From: an uncultured Flavobacteriales bacterium | GTDB taxonomy: Bacteria; Bacteroidota; Bacteroidia; Flavobacteriales_F; PHOS-HE28 | DNA length: 52,072 nt | Direction of reading: 5' to 3' | Assembly (NCBI GenBank): GCA_937873385.1 | Contig: CALMYC010000019.1 | Coordinates: 1 to 52,072, forward strand | Part shown: positions 8,574 through 17,391 of the stretch, piece after piece | Layout: the number at the start of each line of letters is the position of its first letter | How positions within the stretch are numbered: position 1 is the stretch's first letter | Notes under the pieces: model-generated | Told to the model about the DNA's origin: nothing | The model's input: the letters and a program-made list of their open reading frames with translations, nothing else | Database searches by the model: none | Translations under genes and position numbers: made by a program

Positions 8574-11357
8574 ATGCACCGGGCTGCAACCTTGTTCCTT
8601 ACCGCCCTGCTGGCCTGCGGCATGGCCAAGGCCCAATACATACCGCCTGACCCCCAGGGCGGTGAGCACCAGGGCACGGACGTGCTGCGAAGGAACAATG
8701 GGCAAGTGTTTGATACCGATGGCAACCAGCGGCGCGATGTGAAGGCCTATTTTGAAGGTTCGCCCGTGGGCATTTACCTTCGGGATTCCAGCCGCGTTTC
8801 CTTTACCTACGCCACCATGTTCATGGACAGTGCAATAGCGGACACCTCCTACCGGGTGGACATGGCCTTCAGCGGGGCAAAGCCCATGGACCCGCACCTG
8901 CTGTTGCCTGCGCCCGGCGTGGCCAATTACTACCGCAGTAAGTATGCCACGGAATTGGTGCCCGCCTACTACCGGGGCATCTATGAGGAGGTGCTCTACC
9001 ACATTGACCTACACATGTATGCAAGCTCCGGTGGCCCGCGCATGGCTTTTGTGGTGCGCCCTGGCGGGGATCCCTCGACCATCAAGCTGATGTTCACCGG
9101 GCAGGACAGCTTGGGCATTGATTGGCTGGGTTCCCTGAAGGTGTACCTCAGCGGCAAGTGGGTGGAACTGAAAGAGGCCACCGCCTACCAAGTGACCAGC
9201 AGCGGAGCCTTGGTGGATGTGCCCTGGACCCCGCAATGGGTGCATGAGAACGGCACCGTGTATGCCACGATCAGCTTCGGGGATTATGACCCTGCACTAC
9301 CGTTGGTCCTGCAAATTGGATACGCAGCCATGGGCGGCGCCGGAGGACCGGACGACCGCGACATGAATTGGAGCACCTACGTGGGCGGCGCGGGCGATGA
9401 TGAACTGACCTGCGTGGAAACCGATGAAACGGGAAACGCATATACCTGTGGTCACACCTTGGCAACCGACTTTCCTGTGGATCCAGGCAATGCGCACTAC
9501 GCCCCGTTTAACCCCAATGCCTTGGGTTACGACAATGCCGTGATCATGAAGTTCAACGGCACCAGCAAGCGCGTGGAATGGGCCACCTACTACGGTGGCG
9601 CAACGGCCAACCCCTCCACCTTTCCGGAAGAACCACATGCCCGCACCGAGGCTCGCAAGCTGGCCGTGTACACATGGAACAACCCCGACCTTCAGCATGT
9701 GTTTGCTACCGGGGTGACCAATTGCACAGATTTTGATGCGGATGCCCGGATTGCGACAATATTTGAAAATGGAGTGGCAGAAGCTTATGGTGGCGGACGC
9801 ACACGTATGTGGTTGGGGGCCTTTCGAAAAGAAAATGGAATCCGTGATTGGGCCACCACCCACGGGCAGGGCAACAGCCAGTACGATAGCCGGGAGGAAG
9901 GCTTGGCAATCGCCATCAATGAAGCGGGCCAATTAGCCGTGGGCGGCCGCCTGCACCGCACGGTGAACGGAGTTGTGGCCACCCCGGTGTTCCCCGTGGT
10001 AACGCCTGCTGGCGCATACAACCACAGCGGAAACACCGGCGGGGCTTTCGTCATGACCTTCAACCCGGATTTCACCATCCGCTGGGCCAGCACATTGGGC
10101 AATTATGACCAGGTGGCCTACACCCAGCTCACCGACCTGCGCTATGAATCCACCGGGCGTTGGCTTTGGTTCACCGGCATCAGTTCAGGCAGCCTCTCCA
10201 CGCTGGACCTCGTGACACCCACGGGCAGCTACTCCAACCAGTTCGGCTCCGTAATGATCGGGGAATTCAACATGACCACAGGACCGGGCTTGGACTACTG
10301 CACGCGCTGGGGCGGAGGGCCCATCACGGATCCGTCCAGCCTGGCTTATGGGCTGGACTATGACGGCAAGTATATTTGGGTGGTGGGCGGAACGCGCCGG
10401 TCAGCCATCACCGAAACGGATGCACCATTGCCATCAGGACCTTCCACCATATACCACAGCTTGGTGAACGCCAGCGACCCGCCGCCAGGCAACCCGTGCG
10501 ACGGGTTCATCCTGAAATTTGACATTGCCCAGCACACCCTGCTGTACGGCACGCTGATCGGCGGCAACAAGTATGACATGCTGCTGGACGTTGGCCATGA
10601 TGCGGACAATGTGTACATCACGGGCGAAAGCCGCAGCACCGGCGGCTTTGCCACGGACATAAACCCGTTGCGCTACTTCCAGCCCATGAATAGCAACGTG
10701 AACACCCGCGATGCGGTGGTCTTGGCCATCCGGTCCGGCGACACGGCCCCGGAGATGGTATGGCGCACCGCTTATGGCGGCACCGCCAGCGAGCGCGGTT
10801 GGGGCATTGCCGGCAGCTTGGCGCAGCCCAGCGACATCTATTTGGTGGGTGGTGCGGCTTCCCAGCCTTTCCAGCTGTTCCCGCTCCATGAGTTCAGCAC
10901 CAGCAGCACACTGGACTATTACCAGCCCCTGAACCTCACGGGTGTGGGCGCCAGCGGTTCGCTCAATTCCTGGTACCGCTTTGAATACGGGCTGGATTTT
11001 GAGAACGGCACACTGGGTTTCGCCACTCCGGAGGCCAGCCACCAAGGGCATGATGGCTTCATCGCCTCCTTTGCGGCCTACCATCCCGTAGCCATTGGGG
11101 AACCTGCTGGAAGTGATGCAGCGGATGGCCTGCTTGTCACACCGCTGCCCGGATATGGCCAATGGGCGGTACACTTTCCCAATGCCGGGGAATGGAAGTT
11201 GATGGCCTTCAATGCCGCAGGCCAGGTTGTGGGGGATTGGCACTCCCAAGGCACTTCCACGGCGGTGGACCTTTTTGGGCTGGCTCCAGGCATATACTTG
11301 CTGCGGGCAATGACGGCGACCGGCAAAATGCTAAGCACCAAGCTGGCCAAGCCATGA
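8574..11357 (+). CDS. Large secreted repeat (beta-propeller-like) protein with a T9SS C-terminal sorting domain
   Basis: ORF 8490.. trimmed to the ATG at 8574 (signal peptide MHRAATLFLTALLACGMAKAQ). It has repeated ...TYYGG/...GHT...DFP segments that look SBBP-like; that assignment is inference. The C-terminus ...GIYLLRAMTATGKMLSTKLAKP is a T9SS CTD-type tail. Confidence 0.75.
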   Translation: MHRAATLFLTALLACGMAKAQYIPPDPQGGEHQGTDVLRRNNGQVFDTDGNQRRDVKAYFEGSPVGIYLRDSSRVSFTYATMFMDSAIADTSYRVDMAFSGAKPMDPHLLLPAPGVANYYRSKYATELVPAYYRGIYEEVLYHIDLHMYASSGGPRMAFVVRPGGDPSTIKLMFTGQDSLGIDWLGSLKVYLSGKWVELKEATAYQVTSSGALVDVPWTPQWVHENGTVYATISFGDYDPALPLVLQIGYAAMGGAGGPDDRDMNWSTYVGGAGDDELTCVETDETGNAYTCGHTLATDFPVDPGNAHYAPFNPNALGYDNAVIMKFNGTSKRVEWATYYGGATANPSTFPEEPHARTEARKLAVYTWNNPDLQHVFATGVTNCTDFDADARIATIFENGVAEAYGGGRTRMWLGAFRKENGIRDWATTHGQGNSQYDSREEGLAIAINEAGQLAVGGRLHRTVNGVVATPVFPVVTPAGAYNHSGNTGGAFVMTFNPDFTIRWASTLGNYDQVAYTQLTDLRYESTGRWLWFTGISSGSLSTLDLVTPTGSYSNQFGSVMIGEFNMTTGPGLDYCTRWGGGPITDPSSLAYGLDYDGKYIWVVGGTRRSAITETDAPLPSGPSTIYHSLVNASDPPPGNPCDGFILKFDIAQHTLLYGTLIGGNKYDMLLDVGHDADNVYITGESRSTGGFATDINPLRYFQPMNSNVNTRDAVVLAIRSGDTAPEMVWRTAYGGTASERGWGIAGSLAQPSDIYLVGGAASQPFQLFPLHEFSTSSTLDYYQPLNLTGVGASGSLNSWYRFEYGLDFENGTLGFATPEASHQGHDGFIASFAAYHPVAIGEPAGSDAADGLLVTPLPGYGQWAVHFPNAGEWKLMAFNAAGQVVGDWHSQGTSTAVDLFGLAPGIYLLRAMTATGKMLSTKLAKP

Positions 11358-12799
11358 AACGTGTAGTTGGCGTTGCCACCGCCGCACTGCTCAGTGCGGC
11401 GGTGGCCAACGCCCAGTACTGGAAGGCGCTGGGAAAGGGAACCATCGGCCCAACTGAAATTCAAACGCTTTACGGTGACAGCATTTCCAACAGATTATTG
11501 GCAGGAGGTACTTTCACATTCATCTTAAATGATGGCGATACCGTCCTTGGGATGGGTCAAGCAGCATGGAATGGTAGCAGGTGGGATAGCCTGGCGTATC
11601 GAATTGCCCCTTCTGTTGGGCAGACCTTTTGGTTTCTACGATTTCAAGATAAGCTATATGCTTGCGGTGGTTACCTATTCTATGATGATGAAGGAAATGT
11701 CAACAGTAGTTTTGCACAATTAAATGAAAACACGTTGCACTGGAACACATTGGCATGCACAAATCCATACCCACTAAGTGGTTTGCTGACATTAGTTCCC
11801 AAAGAGCCACAGAACACGCTCTACGCCACGGGCTACATGGGCAGCATCTGCGGCTACCCGGAAAGCTGTGTGTTCCGCTATGATGGCAGCGCCTTCCACG
11901 TGTGGGAACCCTTCAACCTGATCCCTGACGGGAACGACAACTACGTGGGCACCGTGTTCGATTTCCAGGGCAAGACCTACATGACCTGCAGCCTACGCGA
12001 CCCCTTGGGGCCTGGTTATGTGAGCTTTTTGCGCTGGAACGGCACCACTTGGGAGCATGTGCCCGGCTGGAACACATTGAGCCCTATCAAGGACATCAGC
12101 ATTCGCAATGACACGCTCTACGTGGCGGGCACCTTTACCCTGGCGGACGATGGGCCGGGCAATTTGGTGGCGGCTTTCAGCAACGACCAATGGAACAATA
12201 TGGGCGGTGGCTTGTATTATACCCCGGTGCCTATGAGCGGTGCAGCGCTCGACCTCGAATGGTTCCATGGAGAGCTATGGACGTGCGGGCGTTTCAACTT
12301 CGCGGGTGGCATTCCGGCCCACAGCATCGCCAAGTGGGACGGCCAAAGGTGGTGCGTGCCCCCGGGGGATTTTCAGTGGATCAATAACAGCCTTTCAAGA
12401 CTTGGTGACATGACCGTTTGGCGCGACAGCCTTTACGTGTGCGGCGGCATTCTTACCGTGGACGGTGATACCATGAAACAAGTGGTGCAGTGGCTGGGTG
12501 GTGATGTGATCGCGGCCTGCAGCCAGGCCACGGGTGTGGAGGAGGCAGGTTTTATGAGTGTAGGGGGCGAACTGCAGGTTACGCCATTGCCCACCGGAAC
12601 ATCGTGGGCCGTGCATTTTCCGCGTATGGGCCAGTGGACCTTGGAGGTGTATGATGCCGCTGGTCGGCAAGTGCGCAGCTTGTTGGGCAACGGCGGAACC
12701 ATGGAACTTGACCTGGGTGCAGAGGCTTCAGGATTGTACCTGTTACGGGCCATGGATGAAAGGGGGGCACCCCGGAGTGCGAAACTCGTTCGGCCGTAA
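11354..12799 (+). CDS. Secreted protein with a T9SS C-terminal sorting domain
   Basis: ORF 11162.. trimmed to the ATG at 11354 (MKRVVGVATAALLSAAVANAQ), with an ATGA overlap onto the previous gene. The CTD (VTPLPTGTSWAVHFP...GLYLLRAMDERG...KLVRP) is paralogous to that of the upstream gene. Confidence 0.7.
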   Translation: MKRVVGVATAALLSAAVANAQYWKALGKGTIGPTEIQTLYGDSISNRLLAGGTFTFILNDGDTVLGMGQAAWNGSRWDSLAYRIAPSVGQTFWFLRFQDKLYACGGYLFYDDEGNVNSSFAQLNENTLHWNTLACTNPYPLSGLLTLVPKEPQNTLYATGYMGSICGYPESCVFRYDGSAFHVWEPFNLIPDGNDNYVGTVFDFQGKTYMTCSLRDPLGPGYVSFLRWNGTTWEHVPGWNTLSPIKDISIRNDTLYVAGTFTLADDGPGNLVAAFSNDQWNNMGGGLYYTPVPMSGAALDLEWFHGELWTCGRFNFAGGIPAHSIAKWDGQRWCVPPGDFQWINNSLSRLGDMTVWRDSLYVCGGILTVDGDTMKQVVQWLGGDVIAACSQATGVEEAGFMSVGGELQVTPLPTGTSWAVHFPRMGQWTLEVYDAAGRQVRSLLGNGGTMELDLGAEASGLYLLRAMDERGAPRSAKLVRP

Positions 12800-12930
12800 C
12801 GACCGTTGCTTGCCCGGTCTGCACCGCACACCGAATTTCGAAGTTCGGCACTTCGGCCTTCCAAGGCAGGCCGCTGCTTGTGGCTGCCGTGGGCCACGCA
12901 GGCCCGCCTTCCCGCGTCTAATTTTGGAGC

Positions 12931-15537
12931 ATGATCCCCGATGTGAAGAAAGTCCTTTCGTCCCTGGTGCTGGCCTTGATGGTCGGCATTGCGTACCCGC
13001 AGGCGGCCATCGTTCCCGGCGATGTGCTGGCGATGCTGCGGCCCGGCGCTTCCGCGCAGCGATTGGCCGCTGACCTGCGTGTGGTGCAAGGTGTTCCAAC
13101 GGATCTGGGCGTGGTGGAGGAAGTCTCCGCACCGATGCGGGCTTGGCTTTTCCACTTCAACCCAAGCCGTGTTCCGCAGGAGGCCATGCTGCAAGCCTTC
13201 CGGAACCACCGATTGGTGCAGATGGCGCAGAACAACCACGTGATCAAGGAACGCGCTTTGCCCAACGATCCGCAGTTCGCGCAGCAGTGGCAGCACCAGA
13301 ACATCCAGAGCGAGGATGCGTGGAACATCACCACCGGTGGCGTTACCGCGGCGGGGGACACCATTGTGGTGGCGATCATTGAAAAGGCCGACCTCACCCA
13401 CCCCGACCTGGCCGGAAATGCATGGATCAACCGCGCCGAGATCCCCAACAACGGCATCGACGATGACGGCAACGGCTATGTGGACGACGTGCGCGGCTGG
13501 GACCCTGCGGCCGGCAATGACAACGTGTACGCCGGATTCCATGGCACCGAAGTGGCCGGCATGATCGGTGCGGTGGGCAACAACGGCACCCAGGTCGCGG
13601 GCGCCAACTGGCGCGTGAAAATGATGCCGGTGAATTACGCCAACTCCCAAGAGTCCAATGTGATCGCGGCGTACACCTATCCCTTGGTGATGCGCCGCCT
13701 GTACAATGCATCCAATGGGGCCCACGGCGCCTTCATTGTGGCCACCAATGCCAGCTGGGGCGTGGACGGCGGCCAACCGGCGGATGCGCCGATGTGGTGC
13801 GCGATGTATGACACATTGGGCGCGGCGGGCGTGCTGAACTGCGGCTCCGCCACCAACAACAACGTGGACGTGGACGTGGTGGGCGACCTGCCCACGGCCT
13901 GCCCCAGCGATTTCATGGTGAGCGTAACGGCCACCAACAGCAATGACATGCGCACCTTCTCCGGTTGGGGCGCCACCACGGTGGACGTGGGCGCGCCCGG
14001 CGCCAATGTGTGGACGACCACCATCGGCGGAGGAACGGGCTCCGCCAACGGCACCTCCTTCGCCAGTCCGCTCACCGCCGGGGTGATCGCCCTGCTCTAC
14101 AGTGTGCCTTGCGCCAGCCTGGCCGCCATTGCGCACAACGACCCCATGGAAGCCGCGCAGCGCGTGCGCCAAGCCCTCTTTGCCGGCGTGGACCAGGTGG
14201 GCAACCTGCCGGGCAACACCGCCACCGGCGGAAGGATCAACGCTTTCCACAGTGCGCAATTCCTGATGGACAGCTGCGCCTCCTGCCCCGCCCCTTACAC
14301 CCTCGCGGCCACCAGCGATGCCATCGGTTCCGCATCCATCACGTGGAGCGCTTTGCCAGGCACCTACAACCTGCGCTACCGCATGCAGGGCGGCACCACG
14401 TGGACCGAGGTCGGCAACATTGCCGGCACCAGCCTGCCCATCAGCGGCCTTGTGGCCTGCCAGCCCTACGAATTCCAGGTTTCCGCGGATTGTGACAGCA
14501 GCAACAGTGCGTTCAGCCCGTCGTTCATCTGGACCAGTGAAGGATGTTGCACCGCGCCCCTCGCCATCACCGCAACGGCAACGGACACCACCAATGTCCT
14601 GGTGGCCTGGTCCACTGTGCTCGCCTCCAGCACCTATGACCTCCGGTACCGCCTGATCGGGGCTTCCACCTGGTCCGAAATGGACGGTCTGGTCGGAAAC
14701 AGCACCACATTGGCCGGGCTTACACCATGCACGGACCTTGAAGTGCAGATGCGCAGCACCTGCGGCGGCACCGTGGCCGATTGGTCAACAGCCGCCACCG
14801 TGCATGTTCCGGGCTGCGGCCAGTGCGTGGAAGGCAACTTCTGCACCAGTGCAGGCGATGACAGCTACGAATGGATCGCGGGCGTGCAGATCGCCGGCAT
14901 CGATCGCTCTTCCGGTGCCGATGGGGGGTATGCCAACGTGGACGTCACCGGACAATCCACCGCACTGGTGATCGGGGCCACCTACCCGATGGTCCTTACC
15001 CCGGGCTTTTCCAGTTCCAGCTTCCCGGAAACCTTCACCGTGTGGATGGACCTGGACCGTGATGGCCAGTTCGCGGCGAATGAAAAGGTCTTTGACAGCA
15101 ATGGCGGGGTGACCGCCGCATTGGCCGACTCGCTCACGGTGCCCGCAACCGCAACGCCCGGCCCGGCCCGCTTGCGCGTGGTGATGAAATACAACACCGC
15201 ACCGGCCAACGGCTGCACCACCTATGATTTCGGCGAAACCGAGGACTACTGCGTGAACCTCGCGCAAGGCACCATCGGCATTGCGGAACAAGCCGCGGGG
15301 CCGGCCGTCCTGCTCTTTCCCCAGCCCGCCGACGGGTCATTCACCATCGTAACCGACCATCCCGGCCTGCTGAAGCTGGCGATCAATGATGTCTCCGGAC
15401 GCACCGTTCTCCAACAAACCACGCGGGGAGGCCGCACAACCGTGGACACCCGAGGCATGGGCAACGGCATGTACCATTACCAATTGATGGACGGTGCGAT
15501 GGTGGTGGGGCGCGGCAATTTGATGGTGGTGCATTGA
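12931..15537 (+). CDS. S8 (subtilisin-like) serine peptidase with FN3-like repeats, a GEVED-type domain and a T9SS CTD
   Basis: FHGTEVAGMIGAVGNNG (His), GTSFASPLTAGVIALL (Ser) and GIDDDGNGYVDDVRGWD. Three segments are FN3-like. YDFGETEDYCVNL is a GEVED motif. The C-terminus carries LLFPQPADGSFTIV... (T9SS CTD). Confidence 0.9.
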   Translation: MIPDVKKVLSSLVLALMVGIAYPQAAIVPGDVLAMLRPGASAQRLAADLRVVQGVPTDLGVVEEVSAPMRAWLFHFNPSRVPQEAMLQAFRNHRLVQMAQNNHVIKERALPNDPQFAQQWQHQNIQSEDAWNITTGGVTAAGDTIVVAIIEKADLTHPDLAGNAWINRAEIPNNGIDDDGNGYVDDVRGWDPAAGNDNVYAGFHGTEVAGMIGAVGNNGTQVAGANWRVKMMPVNYANSQESNVIAAYTYPLVMRRLYNASNGAHGAFIVATNASWGVDGGQPADAPMWCAMYDTLGAAGVLNCGSATNNNVDVDVVGDLPTACPSDFMVSVTATNSNDMRTFSGWGATTVDVGAPGANVWTTTIGGGTGSANGTSFASPLTAGVIALLYSVPCASLAAIAHNDPMEAAQRVRQALFAGVDQVGNLPGNTATGGRINAFHSAQFLMDSCASCPAPYTLAATSDAIGSASITWSALPGTYNLRYRMQGGTTWTEVGNIAGTSLPISGLVACQPYEFQVSADCDSSNSAFSPSFIWTSEGCCTAPLAITATATDTTNVLVAWSTVLASSTYDLRYRLIGASTWSEMDGLVGNSTTLAGLTPCTDLEVQMRSTCGGTVADWSTAATVHVPGCGQCVEGNFCTSAGDDSYEWIAGVQIAGIDRSSGADGGYANVDVTGQSTALVIGATYPMVLTPGFSSSSFPETFTVWMDLDRDGQFAANEKVFDSNGGVTAALADSLTVPATATPGPARLRVVMKYNTAPANGCTTYDFGETEDYCVNLAQGTIGIAEQAAGPAVLLFPQPADGSFTIVTDHPGLLKLAINDVSGRTVLQQTTRGGRTTVDTRGMGNGMYHYQLMDGAMVVGRGNLMVVH

Positions 15538-15556
15538 GCGGTGCGGCGATCTGAGG

Positions 15557-16396
15557 GTGCGAGGGCGGGCCGTGCAATCGCACTCCAGCACGATAGGACC
15601 GTCGCGCACTGCCACCCTGCCCGCTACCTTCGGCGCGGTGGAACTATCGGTCGTCATCATCACCTACAATGAGGAACGCAACATTGCGCGCTGCCTAGCT
15701 TCGGTGCAGGGCGTTGCCGATGACATCGTGGTGGTGGATTCCTTCAGCACCGATGCTACCGGCAGGATCGTGCAGGAGCATGGTGCCCGCTTTGTGCAGC
15801 ATGCCTTTGAAGGGCACATCGAACAGAAGAACTGGGCCATCACGCAGGCGAAATTCCCGTGGGTGCTATCCCTTGATGCCGATGAGGCATTGGACGGGGC
15901 GCTCGTAATGTCCATACGGGCCTTGAAGCATAACGGGCCGCAAGCGGAAGGCTACACCATGAACCGCCTGACCAGCTACTGCGGCACGTGGATCCGCCAT
16001 GGCGGCTGGTACCCGGACACCAAGCTGCGCCTGTGGGACAGCCGCAAGGGCCAATGGGGCGGCACCAATCCGCACGACCGCTACGAGATGGACAGCGGTG
16101 CGCGCACCCGGCCCCTGCAAGGCAACATCCTGCACTACAGCTACCGGTCCATCAGTGACCACATCAAACAGGCGGACTACTTCACCACCATTGCCGCACA
16201 AGCACTGCATGCCAACGGCAAGCAGCCAGGGATGCTGAAATTGCTTGTCAGCCCGTGCGTGAAATTCATCAGCAGCTATGTGCTGCGCGGCGGCTTCCGC
16301 GACGGGTTCCACGGCTTTGTGATCGCGCGCATCAGCGCCTCCGCCACCTTCTGGAAATACGCCAAGTTGCGGCAGCTTTGGAGGGAGCGTCCATGA
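15557..16396 (+). CDS. Family 2 glycosyltransferase
   Basis: LSVVIITYNEERNIARCL...VVVDSFSTD...LSLDADE is the GT2 DXD architecture. An alternative GTG start at 15638 would remove an odd 27-aa leader. Confidence 0.85.
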   Translation: MRGRAVQSHSSTIGPSRTATLPATFGAVELSVVIITYNEERNIARCLASVQGVADDIVVVDSFSTDATGRIVQEHGARFVQHAFEGHIEQKNWAITQAKFPWVLSLDADEALDGALVMSIRALKHNGPQAEGYTMNRLTSYCGTWIRHGGWYPDTKLRLWDSRKGQWGGTNPHDRYEMDSGARTRPLQGNILHYSYRSISDHIKQADYFTTIAAQALHANGKQPGMLKLLVSPCVKFISSYVLRGGFRDGFHGFVIARISASATFWKYAKLRQLWRERP

Positions 16397-17391
16397 ACCT
16401 TCCGCAGACCCTCATCCTCAGCCGCCCAGACAACCTGGGCGATGCCGTGGTGACCCTGCCGATGGCCGGTTGGGTCAAGCAGCATGCACCCGGCACGCGC
16501 ATCATCGCCCTGGTGAAACGGTACACGCTTCCCGTGTGGCAGGCCTGCACGCACATTGATGACGTGATCACGTTGGAAGACCTGCAAGTCCACGACGGCA
16601 CCAAGGCTGCCGAAATACTGCGCGCCACCGGTGCCGGTGCCATCGTACACGTGTTCCCGCACCGCGAGGTGGCACGCTGGGCAAAGGCTGCCGGCATCCC
16701 CCGCCGCATCGGCACCAGCCACCGCTGGTGGCACTGGACCACCTGCAACGAGCGCGTGGCTTTCAGCCGCAAGCGAAGCGGGCTGCATGAGGCCGTGCTG
16801 AACATCAAACTGCTCGCACCGCTTGGAATTCCCATGCCTTCCGGTACGCAGGAACTTGTTCCGTGCATCGGCCTGCGGATGCCACCGCCTTCGCCACAAG
16901 TGGCACAACTGCTCCGCAACGACCGCTTCAACATCATCCTCCATCCGTTGAAGGCCAGCGGTGTGGATTGGGGGTTGAACAATTTCGCCACGCTCATCGG
17001 CCTCCTGGACCCTGACCGCCACCACTGCATCCTCACCGGCACCGCCGCGGAAGCCGAACAGTACCGCAGAGTGCTGCCGGTGGGCCTGCCGCACATCACC
17101 GATACCGGTGGACAGCTTTCGCTGTCCGGCCTGATGGAATTGATCGGTGCAAGCGATGCCTTGGTGGCTGCGAGCACCGGACCACTGCACATTGCGGCCG
17201 CGGCGGGCATCCGCACCATCGGCTTGTTCAGCCTGCAGCGGCCCATCCATCCGGGGCGCTGGGCCCCCCTCGGGAAGGATGTGCATGTGCTGGTGAACGA
17301 AGGCCACTGCCTCCGGTGCGCCAAGGGCCACGCTTGCGACGGGATCAAGCAGATCGATCCGGGGCGCGTACTGGAACTGCTTCCCCGATAA
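16393..17391 (+). CDS. Family 9 glycosyltransferase (heptosyltransferase-like)
   Basis: ORF 16255.. trimmed to the ATG at 16393 (ATGA overlap with GT2). ILSRPDNLGDAVVTLP...GTAAE...STGPLHIAAAAG matches the GT9 pattern. Confidence 0.8.
   Translation: MNLPQTLILSRPDNLGDAVVTLPMAGWVKQHAPGTRIIALVKRYTLPVWQACTHIDDVITLEDLQVHDGTKAAEILRATGAGAIVHVFPHREVARWAKAAGIPRRIGTSHRWWHWTTCNERVAFSRKRSGLHEAVLNIKLLAPLGIPMPSGTQELVPCIGLRMPPPSPQVAQLLRNDRFNIILHPLKASGVDWGLNNFATLIGLLDPDRHHCILTGTAAEAEQYRRVLPVGLPHITDTGGQLSLSGLMELIGASDALVAASTGPLHIAAAAGIRTIGLFSLQRPIHPGRWAPLGKDVHVLVNEGHCLRCAKGHACDGIKQIDPGRVLELLPR

Noticed and set aside
12433-14259. Very long ORFs antisense to, or out of frame with, clear genes. Examples: 12433..14259, 5386..6876, 16276..17733, 18531..20690, 33947..35539, 40071..42017, 42109..43815, 47709..49772 and 50620..51705.
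   Set aside because: Each lies opposite or inside a gene with unmistakable family motifs (S8, MurF-Alr, GT9, S41, NrdA, GlyQS, T9SS cargo, GlmS, GlgA). Their translations are Arg/Gly/Ala/His-rich with no recognisable domains. Such shadow ORFs are expected in ~65% GC DNA, where stop codons are rare.
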